Source: an uncultured Candidatus Saccharibacteria bacterium
Lineage (GTDB): Bacteria > Patescibacteriota > Minisyncoccia > Phycocordibacterales > UBA9973
NCBI GenBank assembly: GCA_964645245.1
Contig: CAZYBS010000005.1
Span: 1 to 51,873, forward strand
Reading direction: 5' to 3'
DNA length: 51,873 bases
The position numbers were made by a program, and so were the translations under genes. Shown piece by piece: positions 51,555 through 51,873 of this stretch (position 1 is its first letter; each line of letters opens with the position of its first letter). The notes under the pieces were generated by a model. The model was not told the origin of the DNA. It did no database searches and saw nothing but the letters and a program-made list of their open reading frames with translations.

Positions 51555-51583
51555 TTGACACTAACTTTTCATTGGTATATACT
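51555..51583 (+). promoter_or_regulatory. 16S rRNA promoter
   Basis: TTGACA-17 nt-TATACT; boxA-like CTCTTTGACAA near 51628. Confidence 0.82.
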
Positions 51584-51722
51584 TTTCTAGCGTCTTTCCT
51601 TTAGTGGAATGACGTTTTAATTTAACCCTCTTTGACAAATGAATAGTTTTTGAGAACAAGTGCAAGCTTGTTCTATTTTTTTTGAATTCCAAGAGCTTGG
51701 ATCAAACGTGCAAACACAAAAA

Positions 51723-51816
51723 CCCGCCAGAATGACATTCATGTCGGGCTGGCATTGTTGTTTTTTGTTTTGTTTCGTTCCCCGCCTGCAACGCTATGCG
51801 TAGCATTGCGGGCAGG
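51723..51816. repeat. two CCCGCC...GGGC(A/T)GG elements in the 16S leader (51723-51752, 51781-51816)
   Basis: Same termini as the in-frame insertions in htpX, rnj and 24472..25563. Confidence 0.75.
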
Positions 51817-51823
51817 TATAACT

Positions 51824-51873
51824 TTTAGTTAGAGTTTGATCCTAGCTCAGGATGAACGCTGGCGGCGTGGATA
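51824..51873 (+). rRNA. rrs: 16S rRNA, 5' end (partial)
   Basis: AGAGTTTGATCCTAGCTCAGGATGAACGCTGGCGGCGTG; the 5' boundary is approximate. Confidence 0.96.

Noticed and set aside
1-51873. Alternative genetic code (TGA = Gly)
   Set aside because: rodA, folD, gatC, pyrG and the MFS gene end at TGA at their expected lengths, and conserved genes have no internal TGA.

Overview
This is a 51.9 kb, AT-rich, compact chromosomal segment. It starts inside the 3' end of a 23S rRNA (followed by 5S) and ends at the 5' end of a 16S rRNA on the same strand. Gene content and style suggest a Patescibacteria/CPR genome, probably Parcubacteria (inference), using the standard code with TGA as stop. Core genes are rodA, folD, secDF, lemA, htpX, gatCA, prfB, ftsEX, pyrG, guaA, nrdAB, htrA, rnj and secG, plus six tRNAs. 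The initiator tRNA carries a 251-nt group I intron. Accessory content includes a mazEF module, a RAYT-type Y1 transposase with REP-like flanks, a LexA-led restriction-modification locus and a 1343-aa tail-fibre-like surface protein. Main signals: (1) a lone DUF559 nuclease gene is bracketed by four GC-rich palindromic units, and the same family recurs about seven more times, including in-frame in prfB and in the surface protein, like a REP/RAYT system built on a different nuclease; (2) a second short-element family, CCCGCC...GGGCAGG, always a multiple of 3 nt long, is inserted in-frame in three genes; (3) two adjacent, similarly built structured RNA units at 1.5-2.1 kb, one encoding an unannotated 45-aa membrane peptide, resemble a type I toxin-antitoxin locus; (4) leaderless gene architecture is pervasive and two tRNA 3' ends abut start codons; (5) the RNR beta subunit has the class Ic (Tyr-less) signature. 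All calls were made by eye from the sequence; no searches or folding programs were run.
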